DNA of 64,000 bases from contig NC_086101.1 of NCBI RefSeq assembly GCF_963921235.1, forward strand, positions 11,348,001-11,412,000, written 5' to 3'. Below the pieces are notes generated by a model. That model saw only the letters and a program-made list of their open reading frames with translations, was not told where the DNA came from and did no database searches. Shown here piece by piece: positions 47,701-59,154 of the stretch (positions are counted from its first letter, which is position 1; each line of letters opens with the position of its first letter). The DNA is from Mobula hypostoma. Lineage: Eukaryota. The translations under genes and the position numbers were made by a program.

Positions 47701-49796
47701 GTGTCCAGTCTCAATTAATTCAAATTTATGTTTTATTTATTTTAGGAAGAAGATCATCAGAAGAGCAGGTAGGACATCTCAACAAAATTCGTTCATAAAA
47801 TAATTCAAAATTGGCTGATGCTCCGTTTATAACCAGTTGTTTAACATTTGCAGTGTTGGCGATGAAGCCCAAATGTTGTCAGTGACAGATGGTACCCTGA
47901 CAATGGAGAAATTCGATCATCTCTTCTCACTAAAAACATTGTTGAAAGAAACTTATGTTGCCATTAAGCAAGGTAAAACTTGTACCGTTTCCTTTGTCCT
48001 TGCACCGTTAAATAATAATTAGAAGAAAAAATGACTTGCCATAACATTTGGGGGGCGGTGGGATTGACCTCCTTGGCCCAAGTTTAGGTCTCAGGAGAAG
48101 CATGGACATCCTGACTAATCTGGTAAAGATTCTGGCACCAAACCCCTGCATCCTGAACCTATTCACACTGAGCAAACACAAAATAAAAGTCTGAATTCCA
48201 CTTTAGAACATTGGAAATTAAAATTAATTTAAAGAAAACAGGAAATAAAACCTGGAATTGTCACGGACCTGGCAAGGCAGGAAACCTGTCCCACTCACCC
48301 TGTCTGACGTGGCCATGACTGCAGACTCTGGTTGACTCGGGTCTGCACCCTGCTGCCCCTGGGAGACTCGCCGTTGTTATCAATTCAGCACAGAGAAGCA
48401 TTGAGGGACTGAGACTAGAATGTGGAACAGCATTGACCTTGGCCCAGGATTGGATCTCGGGGAAGCTACACAGACTAACCGATTGTACGTATATATATAT
48501 ATACACACACACACACCACCCTGCAACCCTACAACCCCCAAGTCTGTAACCATTCTATCTCACACCCAACCATTCAACTCCACTTTCCTGCCATATTCGA
48601 TGCACCCCTCCCTCTGTGTCACCAATCATTCCAGAAAATAAAATAGCGACAGGAGTAGGTCATCTGGACCATCAAGTCTGCTCCCTTTCAATATGGTCAC
48701 AGCTTCTCCACCTCAGAAATCTCCTGTGCCAGATTACTCCTAATTCTCTAACATTAAAGAAAATTATCTCTCTCCTTCCAATTTCTCCAGTAACTGCTCA
48801 CATCAGTCCCGTCCATCGTCAATTTGATCCCATAGGAAAAGTTCTATATATTGCGCACGACCACTTTATCTCCACCCGCAATCTTTCAATCCTCCTCTCT
48901 TCTTTCTGCCATTTTTGTCAGCACGCCTCTGTCCCCTCCCAGCAATCCCGGGAAAATTTTGTCTCCATCCCGGCGAAAATGCTCGCAAGAAGTTTGTTTT
49001 CCATTTATCCCAAGAATAGCGACTGCTGCCGTTCAATTGTGCCTGAGGGCAAGCGGTTTGAACCCCAGTCACGAGGCTGCCCAATCCATGGGGACTCTCT
49101 AATTCTCTGCTTCCCACCTCTCCCCACAAATCTACAGTCTCTGTGACTCTGGATGTGGAAACAGCAGGCCCGGGGCTTGAGGTATCGGCCGACCTGAAGA
49201 AAGTGAAATGGACTCGGTCCCCGCCGCATCTCCCTGACACGGAGAAGAGGTTTACAGTCGGGGCCTGTGTGCTGGGATCGGAGGGATTCACATCGGGGAG
49301 ACATTACTGGGAGGTGGAGGTGATGGGGAATCGGCGCTGGAGGCTGGGAGTCGCCGCAGAGTCTGTGGAGAGGAAGAGAGGGGTTAAACTGAAAACAGAC
49401 AAAGGATTCTGGATCATTTGGCGCCGGGATGATGAGTTCAATGTGAACACTTCCCCTCCAACCCGTCTCCCTGCTGATCGCATCCCTGGGAGGGTGGCTG
49501 TATATCTGAGTTATGAGACTGGGACAATTTCATTTTACAATGCGGAGACCAAGACCCATCTCCACACCTTTACTGGGAATAAATTCACAGGGAAACTTTA
49601 TCCTTTCTTTGGAACTGTGGATGAAAACAAGTGGGTCAGAATCTGCTCCGTCCCCCTGCGGATCTGTAAACGAGCCGGGTCCAGGCATCAGCGTCAGATG
49701 CTGGGCTCAGCAACTGCGGAAAATCTCACTGACAACAGATTGGCACTGAAAGGGTCCCTTTTAATCCCCAAATTCCGCACTGTGGTGATCCAATGA
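44314..49796 (+). CDS. TRIM E3 ligase with B30.2 (TRIM27/TRIM39/RFP-like class), complete: join(44314..44721,44801..44896,46182..46415,47746..47768,47854..47972,49138..49796), 512 aa
   Basis: ATG in aacATGG context; C3HC4 RING (CHVC..CGHNFCRSC..CPEC), B-box2 (CEEH..C..D..CVIC..H..H), coiled-coil exons of 96, 234 and 23 nt as typical for B30.2 TRIMs, all AG/GT with phases 0,0,0,2,1; total 1539 nt open. Confidence 0.95.
44801..44896 (+). CDS. TRIM exon 2: coiled coil
   Basis: ttctcag|GACCAAGTT...GTTCGG|gtgagg; 96 nt; DQVKSSIETLTKRKSDFLEMEQQQIRKISGVR. Confidence 0.92.
45100..45980 (+). mobile_element. CR1 3' portion in TRIM intron 2, apparently splitting a tRNA-SINE (~44955-45080 and ~45985-46135)
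   Basis: [18 protein letters not shown], tandem tail gtcttat; B-box-like ggattcgaccc at ~45010. Confidence 0.85.
46182..46415 (+). CDS. TRIM exon 3: coiled coil
   Basis: tttgacag|GAACAGTCT...TTCCTCAAG|gtgaga; 234 nt; EQSRHLQSHITAQFVELHQIL..VRFLK. Confidence 0.93.
46430..47190 (-). mobile_element. Penelope-like remnant in TRIM intron 3
   Basis: PVAAYFN..LKLEEEHLI; terminus gcagatgctgg..tgctggaggaactcagc; inner inverted piece flanked by aaattgatg. Confidence 0.8.
47746..47768 (+). CDS. TRIM exon 4 (23-nt micro-exon)
   Basis: ttttattttag|GAAGAAGATCATCAGAAGAGCAG|gtagga; phase 0-2. Confidence 0.88.
47854..47972 (+). CDS. TRIM exon 5: linker
   Basis: atttgcag|TGTTGGC...AAGCAAG|gtaaaa; 119 nt; phase 2-1 joins exons 4 and 6 in frame. 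Confidence 0.9.
48486..48516. repeat. (TA)n(CA)n compound microsatellite
   Basis: tatatatatatatacacacacacacacc. Confidence 0.85.
49138..49796 (+). CDS. TRIM exon 6: B30.2 (PRY-SPRY) with extended C-terminal tail
   Basis: tctacag|TCTCTGTGACTCTGGATGTG; all B30.2 motifs; TGA at 49794-49796. Confidence 0.93.
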
Positions 49797-49820
49797 GCCT
49801 AGAAATAGATCTGGTGTCTA

Positions 49821-49869
49821 AATAAATGTGGGAAAAGTGGACTAAAAAAGAATTACTGAAAAAAATAAA
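49821..49869 (+). promoter_or_regulatory. Polyadenylation signals of the TRIM gene
   Basis: AATAAA at 49821-49826 and 49864-49869, shortly after the stop codon. Confidence 0.6.
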
Positions 49870-50909
49870 AACTATTGATCCATTAATTTTAACGTGTTAA
49901 CTGCATTGTGAGCACAACAGAAATATTTTTTGTGAAATTATAAAGATTGAATCAATCGCCCTTCGCCTGAGCTCCGCAGATCAGCAGCAATCGCAGTTCG
50001 CGGGTCCAGAGCTCCCGGCTCCCCAGGGTCCTGAGGTGTAGAGAGCAGTGTGAACGTTGCAAATGGTGGTGCCACTGGCTGGGATAGGTGAGTCGAGGGT
50101 AGTTGTAAATGGATGGCAGGGGTCAAATCCGACATCGCCATAAATGAAAGAAGACAAAATAAATGCTGGGGATGTGAGAATGACTGAAATTCAAGTAGTT
50201 TGAATTCATTGTTGAGACCTGAGAACCAGGAGAAAGATGAAATAAGGAGAGATGGGTGAGGATTGGGAACTCACAGACTGAAGGGGCAGGAAAGGCACAA
50301 ACTCTGGGCACCCTTAAATAGCTCCCTGATGTACTTGAAGAGCCATGACCTGCAGGGTTACCAGGTATTGAGGGTGGTGACAAATGAACACACTCTAGAA
50401 CCATTTGGAGTGTTTGTGAATGAAGGAACCTTTCTGGGGAAAGAAAAATCAATGGTGGTTGATCGGGGTGTTGTACATCTGATGTAATCGATAAATTCTC
50501 TGCACTGTCCCAAATAAAATCAGGGTTCTGGCTGGCATAGTGTAACAGTGATTACATCGGCTACTCCCAACTCCATCTCCAATTACCTACATTTGATCCT
50601 GACCGGAGGGTCTGGAGTCCTCATGTTCTCCCTGTGACCGCTCTGAGTACTCTGGTTTTCTGTCATATCCCAAAGACAAGCAGCTCGCTCGAAAGTACCC
50701 AACTATCAGACAGTGGGTGTGGCTGGAAGGGGTAATTGGGTGGGGGAGGGGAGCTGATAGCAAAGAGAGAGAGAATAGGGTTGAGGGAAATGAGTGGAGG
50801 AGTGGGACTGACAGTGACCTGATGGGTCGAATGGTTCTTCAATGTAAGGAAAAGAACAGGGTATTTCACAGCTTTAACTACAGGACTTCAAATTCAATCG
50901 ATTTCTTGC

Positions 50910-51775
50910 TTGTATTCCATCTCAATGCCCTCCAACTTGATGGCATGAATATCAATTTCTCAGACTTCTGGAAAGTGCACCCCCACCACCCCATTCCCCA
51001 TTCCTGTTACCTTCTCTCACCTTATAACCTTACCTGTCCATCACCTCCCTCTGGTGCTCCTCCCCCTTCCCTTTCTCCAATGGTCTTCTACCCTTTCCAA
51101 TCAGATTCCCCCTTCTCCAGATAAAGATCTCTTTCACCAATCAACTTCCCAGCTCTTTACTTCACCCCTCTCCTGGATTCACCTGTCACCTTCCACCTTC
51201 CTCCTCTGACTTCCCATCTTTTTCTCCAGTCTTGATGAAGTGTCTCAGCCCAAAACATCGACTGTTTACTCTTTTCCTTAGATGCTGCCTGGCTGCTGAG
51301 TTCCTCCAGTGTTTCTTTACAGCATCAGTGATCTCTAATTGGGATTGGATTCCCACCGAGTTCTGTCTGGAATTTGTACATTCTTCCCGTGACCACATAG
51401 GTTTCTTCCCACATTCCAATGACATATGGAATCTGGAGCCTGCTTCATGCTAATTATCCAATAACATTTTCTGTTAATAGAATACCAGCCTCAATAAACA
51501 ACATTTAACATTATTGCTAGGGTATAGTTTTAAATGGACGACAACACACAGATTACAGCAGCTGACGTCGCATGTTTCGACCTGCACGAGGGCAGTCAGT
51601 GGCCAGTAAATGCTGGCCCTGCTGCCAATTTCCCCCTTTCCATAAGCAAATATTTGAAGGGTCTCAGCCCGAAATATAGACTGTTTACTCTTTTGCATGG
51701 ATGCCTGCTGAGTTCCTCCAGCGTTTTGTGTGTATTACTTTGATTTCCAGCATCTGCAGGTTTTCTCTTGTTTGA
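50910..51775 (+). mobile_element. Penelope-like 3' fragments with decayed hammerhead remnants
   Basis: LQLDGMNINFSDF; cagtcttgatgaagtgtctcagcccaaaacatcgactg at ~51227. Confidence 0.75.
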
Positions 51776-52329
51776 AATATTTACTTGCCCCTTGTCCAGC
51801 CGAGAGATACAACATTTTGTTTTCGTTCTTGCTGCATTACTCTTTCCAGCAACAAGTGGGGATCCTCGCAGTGAAACAGATATTTGGGCCTCTTGCCATC
51901 CCCATTATCTGGTTGAAAACACCATTGTAATGAACTGATCTTCCAAACATTCCTTGGTTGCATTGGCGGAGTCCTGAATTCAGGGCATTAACAGTAGATG
52001 ATCAAGGATGAGGGTCACTGTAGATATACCCCTTTCCCTCTCTCTGTCCTTCTCCAGATGATCCTCAAACTCAGTCCTTTCCCCTCACTCACTCTCCAGC
52101 CCCATGAACCTCACTGGAACTGGAAGGCCCCACGAGAGAGTGAAGGGTCAAAGGCCTTCTCCCACTGCTCCCAGTATGGATTTCTTTCTGCCCCTCCATC
52201 TCTCAGTCTTCCATTGCCTCTTTTCCTCCGCATGTCCCTCAGCCTTATTCACATAATAAATCGGTACACTTCACCTGATCAAGGACTGTGTCAGCAACCC
52301 GGGTTGGAAAAACTCTATGCAATGATCAC

Positions 52330-52970
52330 AGGAGCAAACAGGGTGCAGGAAAAGGTGGGGTGAAAATGTATTGGAGGAACAGATCTGAGGCAGGGCGCAC
52401 GGAGCATAAGGGTCGAGTCGTCGTGCGCTCTGGGTTGGGCCGAGTAACGGGGGAGGCTCCGCTGCCACTTCTAGCTGCCGGGCTGTCGATTGGGTTGGGC
52501 CCCGAAGCCGACACTTAATCCCGGATGGTCGGGCTCCTTCCTTAAGCCGAGTCACGGTGGTGGAGGCCTCCGCTCCAGCCGAGCCTCGGGCTCGATTTCC
52601 GAGGTCGGCGCCGGAGGCCTCACTTCCGGCAACTGTGGATGGCCACCAACGGGGCTTTACGGTGGTCGCTCCGGGGAAGCGTCTGGGGCACCTTGAGGTC
52701 TCCGCTGTCCCTTCTGTGTGGTCGCAATGGGCCGTGTCTCCAAGCGCTCCGGCTCGGTAGCAGACCGCGGGTCTCCGGGAACGTGGTGCGCCTCGCTGGT
52801 CGGGCCCGGAGTTTAAGAAGCATTTCTGGCGCGGTGCTCTCCAGCTGGGTCAGTAGCTTCGCCAGGGGGTTGTTGATCTAGATTGGTGGTTTAGGAGGGT
52901 TTCTCGGGTGGAGGATAGCGGAGAGGGCAGTTTGCCCGGGAGAGCCGCCAGTTACCAGCGCCATCTCTAA
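52330..52970 (-). mobile_element. CpG-rich 5' end of a probable Rex-Babar/L2 LINE
   Basis: Minus strand starts agatggcgc (YY1-like), then EMLLKLR and G..G..CRLR..ALPQIC..N resembling the pre-endonuclease region of these LINEs. Confidence 0.45.
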
Positions 52971-53488
52971 CGGATCTTTTTACCGACCAATTAAAGAAAC
53001 TAGAACTGCAGCTCGATGACCTTCAGCTTGTTAGGGCCATTGAAGAGGTGATAATCAGGAGCTACAGGGAGGTCGTCACCTCGAGGCTGCAGGAGACAGA
53101 TAAATGTGTGACTGTCAGGAGAGGTAAAGGAGGGCGCTTTCCAAAGCATCTCATCCGGCTGGCTAGTGCTGAAGGGGGCTGGCCAGAAAGAATTTCAGTC
53201 TACAAATGAGTGAATTCGAATGAATCAAGGACGGTAGTTGAAGGCCAGGGTTTCAGGCTGGCTGGTTAGGTGGATTGAGTGGGTGGGGACTTTGGTGGGG
53301 AGAAGCCTAGTAGTTTGGAAAGTTAGCTTGTAGCCTATGGCTGCAAAAGGTGGGGGGGGGGGCCGGTGAGATTGAAGGGGGAGACCGGGAGATTGTGGAA
53401 TACACCAGCAGTAATGGTAGCCAAAAAAAAGGGGTGCATCAAGTGAAAGACCTGAAGTAATGGGGAAAATGGGTGAATTGGAGGAATT

Positions 53489-54281
53489 CAAACAACAGGA
53501 ATTCTGCAGATGCTGGAAATTCAAGCAACACACATCAAAGTTGCTGGTGAACGCAGCAGGCCAGGCAGCATCTCTAGGAAGAGGTGCAGTTGACGTTTCA
53601 GGCCGAGACCCTTCGTCAGGACTAACTGAAGGAAGAGTGAGTAAGGGATTTGAAAGTTGGAGGGGGAGGGGGAGATCCAAAATGATAGGAGAAGACAGGA
53701 GGGGGAGGGATAGAGCCAAGAGCTGGACAGGTGATAGGCAAAAGGGGATACGAGAGGATCATGGGACAGGAGGTCCGGGAAGAAAGACAAGTGGGGGGGA
53801 CCCAGAGGATGGGTAAGGGGTATATTCAGAGGGACAGAGGGAGAAAAAGGAGAGTGAGAGAAAGAATGTGTGCATAAAAATAAGTAACAGATGGGGTACG
53901 AGGGGGAGGTGGGGCCTTAGCGGAAGTTAGAGAAGTCGATGTTCATGCCATCAGGTTGGAGGCTACCCAGACTGAATATAAGGTGTTGTTCCTCCAACCT
54001 GAGTGTGGCTTCATCTTTACAGTAGAGGAGGCCGTGGATAGACATGTCAGAATAGGAATGGGATGTGGAATTAAAATGTGTGGCCACTGGGAGATCCTGC
54101 TTTCTCTGGCAGACAGAGCGTAGATGTTCAGCAAAGCGGTCTCCCACTTTGCGTCGGGTCTCACCAAAGCCACATCGGGAGCACCAGACGCAGTATATCA
54201 CCCCAGTCGACTCACAGGTGAAGTGTTGCCTCATCTGGAAGGACTGTTTGGGGCCCTGAATGGTGGTAAGGGAAATTTATA
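53489..54281 (-). mobile_element. Penelope-like element 3' part (GIY-YIG endonuclease + terminus)
   Basis: FTCESTGVIYCVWCSRCG..GETRR..RFAEH..PVATHFN; perfect 14-bp TSD gaattggaggaatt at 53475-53488 and 54282-54295. Confidence 0.93.
53587..53624 (-). ncRNA. Minimal type I hammerhead ribozyme motif (Penelope)
   Basis: tagtc-CTGACGA-AGGgtctcggCCT-GAAA-cGTC-aactg; full core, ACGU palindrome, GUC triplet; one stem I mismatch. Confidence 0.7.
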
Positions 54282-55172
54282 GAATTGGAGGAATTTATAG
54301 TTCTGTATAAAATTAAAGGTCAGAAGGAAGGAGAAAGAGGATTTAGAGCCCTTAATCCTTTGAAAGTGGCAGCAACATTGGAGAACCAAATAGGTAAAGG
54401 ATTCCAGGCCAAGATTTGGTCAAATGGATTGCTGAAAATTTGTTGCAAAGACATTGACCAATATAACAGTGCTAAAATGGTGGGAAAATTGGTTGTGAAA
54501 GTGGGGTGTATTACTCTGAAAGGAAGGAGTTAAGGGGGTAGTGTATGGTATTTGATCTGGCATCTCTGAAAAGGAAATTCTGGACAATATTAAAGGTGGT
54601 CAAGTGATTGAAGCCAAACGATTAAAATCAAGAGAAGGTGGTAATTGGGATTCCCCTGTTCTTCTGGTTTTAGCAGGTGATGTTCTTCTAACTAGAGTCT
54701 ACCTTGTGTGCATATCTTATCAAGTTAGAGAATACATTAGGCCTCCCTTACGCTGTTATAATTGCCAGATATTTGGACATGTTGCTGGTTCATGTCGAGG
54801 TAAAAGAAGATGTATGAAATGTGGAGAGGATCAGGATATTAAAGCATGTAAGGCAGCAGTACCTAAATGCAGTAACTGTGGAGGGGACCATATAGCGGCG
54901 TTCAGAGGATGTGAGTATTTCAGTAAGGCAAAGCAGATTCAGGATGTTAGTATCCAACAAAAATTATCATATGCTGAGGCAGTAAAGAAAGTTGATAGAG
55001 AGCAAAGGATAAGTAAAGATTGGAATGATGGGGAGTCAGTTCATTCTGAGTTCTCCAACTATGGTTCCTTCAGGCATGTTGTTGATGACTAAAGAGTCTT
55101 TTTTGGCGTTTGTTGTTGACGTACTGGTTGGGGCTAAAATTACAACAAAGAGGTCGGATATGATTAAAGTAG

Positions 55173-58100
55173 AGATAAATAGAGGGATAGCTCAAGTGAA
55201 GCGGCCTGTGGAAAGCAGCCAGTGAGTGAGTGGGCCAGTGAAGGAGTGGAGCTTTGAGGCTTTGACGAGAAGAGGCGGAGGACAAGCTAGATCTCAGTTA
55301 GTCTTTACGATGCCTCCTGAGATGGTGATGTGCCTCTCATGTGAGATGTGGCAGTCTTGGGGGAACGCTCCTCTCCCGCAGAGTCACATCTGCCAGAAGT
55401 GCATACGGCTGGGCGATCTGGAAGACCGTATAAGGAATCTGGAGCAGCAGCTGGATGACCTTTGACTCATAAGGGAGAATGAGGCAGTCATAGATGAGAG
55501 CTACAGGGAGGTAGTCACACCTAGGCTGCCGGAAGCAGGTCGTTGGGTGACAGTCAGAGGGGGGAAAGTGAAGCTGAGCAGACGGACAGTGCAGAGCACC
55601 CCTGTAGCCATTCTCCTGAATAATAAGTCTACCGTCCTGGATACTGTTGGCGGGGATGAACGACCAGGTGTGAGCCACGGTGGCAGGGCCTCCGGCACTG
55701 AGTCTGACCCGGTGGTGCAGAGGCATGGGATGGAGAAGAGGAGAGCTGTCGTCATTGGAGACTCTATAGTCAGGGGAGCAGACAGGAGATTTTGTGGACA
55801 TGAGAAGGACACCTGCATGGTTTGTTGCCTCCCGGGTGCCAGGGTCGGGGTTGACTCTGACCGGGTGCACGATATCCTGGTACGAGAGGGAAATCAACCA
55901 GAAGTCGTGATGCATGTTGGGGCCAACGACATAGGCAGGAAGAGGGATGAGGTCCTGAAGTGTGAGTTTCGGGAATTAGGCAGAAGGCTGAAGAACAGGA
56001 CCTCAAGGGTGGCGTTCTCAGAATTGCTGCCAGTGCTACGTGACAGAGATGGTAAGAATTGGAGGAGATGGCAGTTGAATGTGTGGCTGAGGAGTTGGTA
56101 CAGGGAGCAGGGTTTTAGATTTTTGGATCATTGGGATCTCTTCTAGGGAAGGTGGGACCTGTACAGATTGGATGGGTTGCACCTGAACTCGAGGGGGAGC
56201 AATATCCTTGCAGGTAGGTTTGCTGGCATGGTTCAGGAGGGTTTAAACTAATTTGCAAGGGGGATAGAACCCAGAGCGATAGAGCAGTGAAAGAAGTGCA
56301 TGGAGTAAAGCCAGATCCAACATACAGAGATGCTTCGAGGAAAGAGAAGCAGAATAAATGGTGTAAATATAGTAAGGTGGAAGGGTTGAAATGTGTGTAC
56401 CTCAATGCAAGAAGCATCAGGAACAAAGGTGGTGAACTGAGAGCTTGGATACATACATGGAATTATGATGTAGTGACCATTACAGAGACTTGGCTGGCAC
56501 CAGGGCAGGAATGGATTCTCAATATTCCTGGATTTTAGTGCTTTAAAAGGGATAGAGAGGGTGGAAAAAGGGGAGGAGGGGTGGCCTTACTGGTCAGGGA
56601 TACTATTACAGCTAGAGAAAGGGTGGGTAATGTAGCAGGATCCTCCTTTGAGTTAGTATGGGTGGAAGTCAGGAATAGGAAGGGATCCCTCCTGACGAAG
56701 GGTCTCGGCCTGAAACGTCGACTGCACCTCTTCCTAGAGATGCCGCCTGGCCTGCTGTGTTCACCAGCAACTTTTATGTGTGTTACATAGGAGCAGATTG
56801 GGAGGCAGAATTTGGAAAGGTGCAAAAATAACAGGATTGTTATCATGGTTGACTTTAACTTCCCTATTATTGATTGGCACCTGATTCGTTCCAAGCGTTT
56901 AGATGGGGCAGAGTTTGTTAATTGTGTCCAGGACGGATTCCTGTCAGAGTATGTGGACAGGCCGACCAGGGGGAATGCCATATTAGATCTGGTACTAGGT
57001 ACTGAACCGGGTCAGGTCACAGATCTCTCAGTGGGTGAGCATCTGGGGGACAGTGACCACCACTCCCTGGCCTTTAGCATTATCATGGAAAAAGATAGAA
57101 TCAGAGAGGACAGGAAAATTTTTAATTGGGAAAGGGCAAATTATGAGGCTAGAAGACTAGAACTTGCGGGTGTGAATTTTTGCAGGGAAATGTACTATGG
57201 ACATGTGGTCGATGTTTAGAGATCTCTTGCAGGATGTTAGGGTCCGGGTGAGGAAGATAAAGAATGGTAGGGTGAAGGAACCATGGGTGACAAGTGAGGT
57301 GGAAAATTTAGTCAGGTGGAAGAAGGCAGCATACATGAGGTTTAGGAAGCAAGGATCAGATGGGTCTACTGAGGAACATAGGGAAGCAAGAAAGGAGCTT
57401 AGGAAGGGGTTGAGAAGAGCAAGAAGGGGGCATGAGAAGGCCTTGGCAAGTAGGGTAAAGGAAAACCCCAAGGCATTCTTCAATTATGTGAAGAAAAAAA
57501 GGATGACAGGAGTGAAGGTAGGACCAATTGGAGATAAAGGTGGGAAGATGTGCCTGGAGGCTGCGGAAGTGAGCGAGGTCCTCAATGAATACTTCTCTTC
57601 AGTATTCACCAATGAGAGGGAACTTGATGACGGTGAGGACAATACGAGTGAGGTTGATGTTCTGGAGCATGTTGATATTAAGGGAGAGGAGGTGTTGAAG
57701 TTGTTAAAATACATTAGGACGGATAAGTCCCCGGGGCACGATGGAATATTCCCCAGGCTTCTCCACGAGGTGAGGGAAGAGATTGTTGAGCATCTGGCTA
57801 GGATCTTTATGTCCTCGTTGTCCACGGGAATGGTACCGGAGGATTGGAGGGAGGCGAATGTTGTCCCCTTGTTCAAAAAAGGTAGTAGAGATAGTCCGGG
57901 TAATTATAGACCAGTGAGCCTTACAACTGTGGTGGGAAAGCTGATGGAAAAGATGCTTAGAGATAGGATCTCTGGGCATTTAGAGAATCATGGTGTGATC
58001 AGGGACAGTCAGCATGGCTTTGTGAAGGGCAGATCGTGTCTAACAAGCTTGATAGAGTTCTTTGAGGAGGTGACCAGGCATACAGATGAGGGTAGTGCAG

Positions 58101-59154
58101 CGGATGTGATCTATATGGATTTTAGTAAGGCATTTGACAAGGTTCCACATGATAGGCTTATTCGGAAAGTCAGAAGGCATGGGATCTGTTCTGGGACCTC
58201 TACTTTTCGTGATTTTTATTAACGACCTGGATGAGGGGGTAGAAGGGTGGGTTGGCAAGTTTACAGATGACACAAAGGTTGGTGGTGTTGTAGATAGTGT
58301 AGAGGACTGTGAAAGATTGCAGAGAGACGTTGATAGGATGCAGAAGTGGGCTGAGAAGTGGCAGATGGAGTTCAACCCAGAGAAGTGTGAGGTGGTACAC
58401 TTTGGAAGGACAAACTCCAAGGCAGAGTACAAAGTAAATGGCAGGATACTTGGTAGTGTGGAGGAGCAGAGGGACCTAGGGGTACATGTCCACAGATCCC
58501 TGAAAGTTGCCTCACAGGTTGAGAGGGTAGTTAAGAAAGCTTATGGGGTGTTAGCTTTCATAAGTTAAGGGACAGAGTTCAAGAGTCACGATGTAATGAT
58601 GCAGCTTTATAAAACTCTGGTCAGGCCACACTTGGAGTACTGTGTCCAGTTCTGGTCGCCTCACTATGAAGGATGTGGAAGCATTGGAAAGGGTACAGAG
58701 CAGATTTACCAGGATGCTGCCTGGTTTAGAGAGTATGAAGTATGATCAGAGATTAAGGGAGCTAGGGCTTTACTCTTTGGAGGGAAGGAGGATGAGAGGA
58801 GACATGACAGAGGTGTACAAGATAATAAGAGGAATAGATAGAGTGGATAGCCAGTGCCTCTTCCCCAGGGCACCACTGCTGAACATAAGAGGACATGGCT
58901 TTAAGGTAAGGGGTGGGAAGTTCAAGGGGGATATTAGAGGAAGGTTTTTTACTCAGAGTGGTTAGTGTGTGGAATGCACTGCCTGAGTCAGTGGTGGAAG
59001 CAGGTGCACTAGTGAAGTTTAAGAGACTACCAGACAGGTATATGGAGGAATTTAAGGTGGGGGCTTATATGGGAGGCAGGGTTTGAGGATCGGCACAACA
59101 TTGTGGGCCAAAGGGCCTGTACTGTGCTGTACTATTCTATATTCTATGTTCTAT
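55173..59154 (+). mobile_element. Near full-length CR1 LINE (ORF1 zinc finger + esterase, ORF2 EN + RT)
   Basis: CLSCEMW..HICQKC; GDSIVR..CCLPGARV..HVGAND; YLNARSIRNK; RT ORFs 57197-58222 and 58134-58568; (TTCTATG)n tail. Confidence 0.95.
56688..56784 (+). ncRNA. ~100-bp Penelope terminus beginning at a hammerhead core, inserted in the CR1 endonuclease
   Basis: c-CTGACGA-AGGgtctcggCCT-GAAA-cGTC-gactg at 56691-56724; stem I 5' strand truncated. Confidence 0.7.

Noticed and set aside
52330..52970. CpG island suggesting the promoter of another host gene
   Set aside because: Better explained as a LINE 5' end; no associated exons seen. Not fully excluded.
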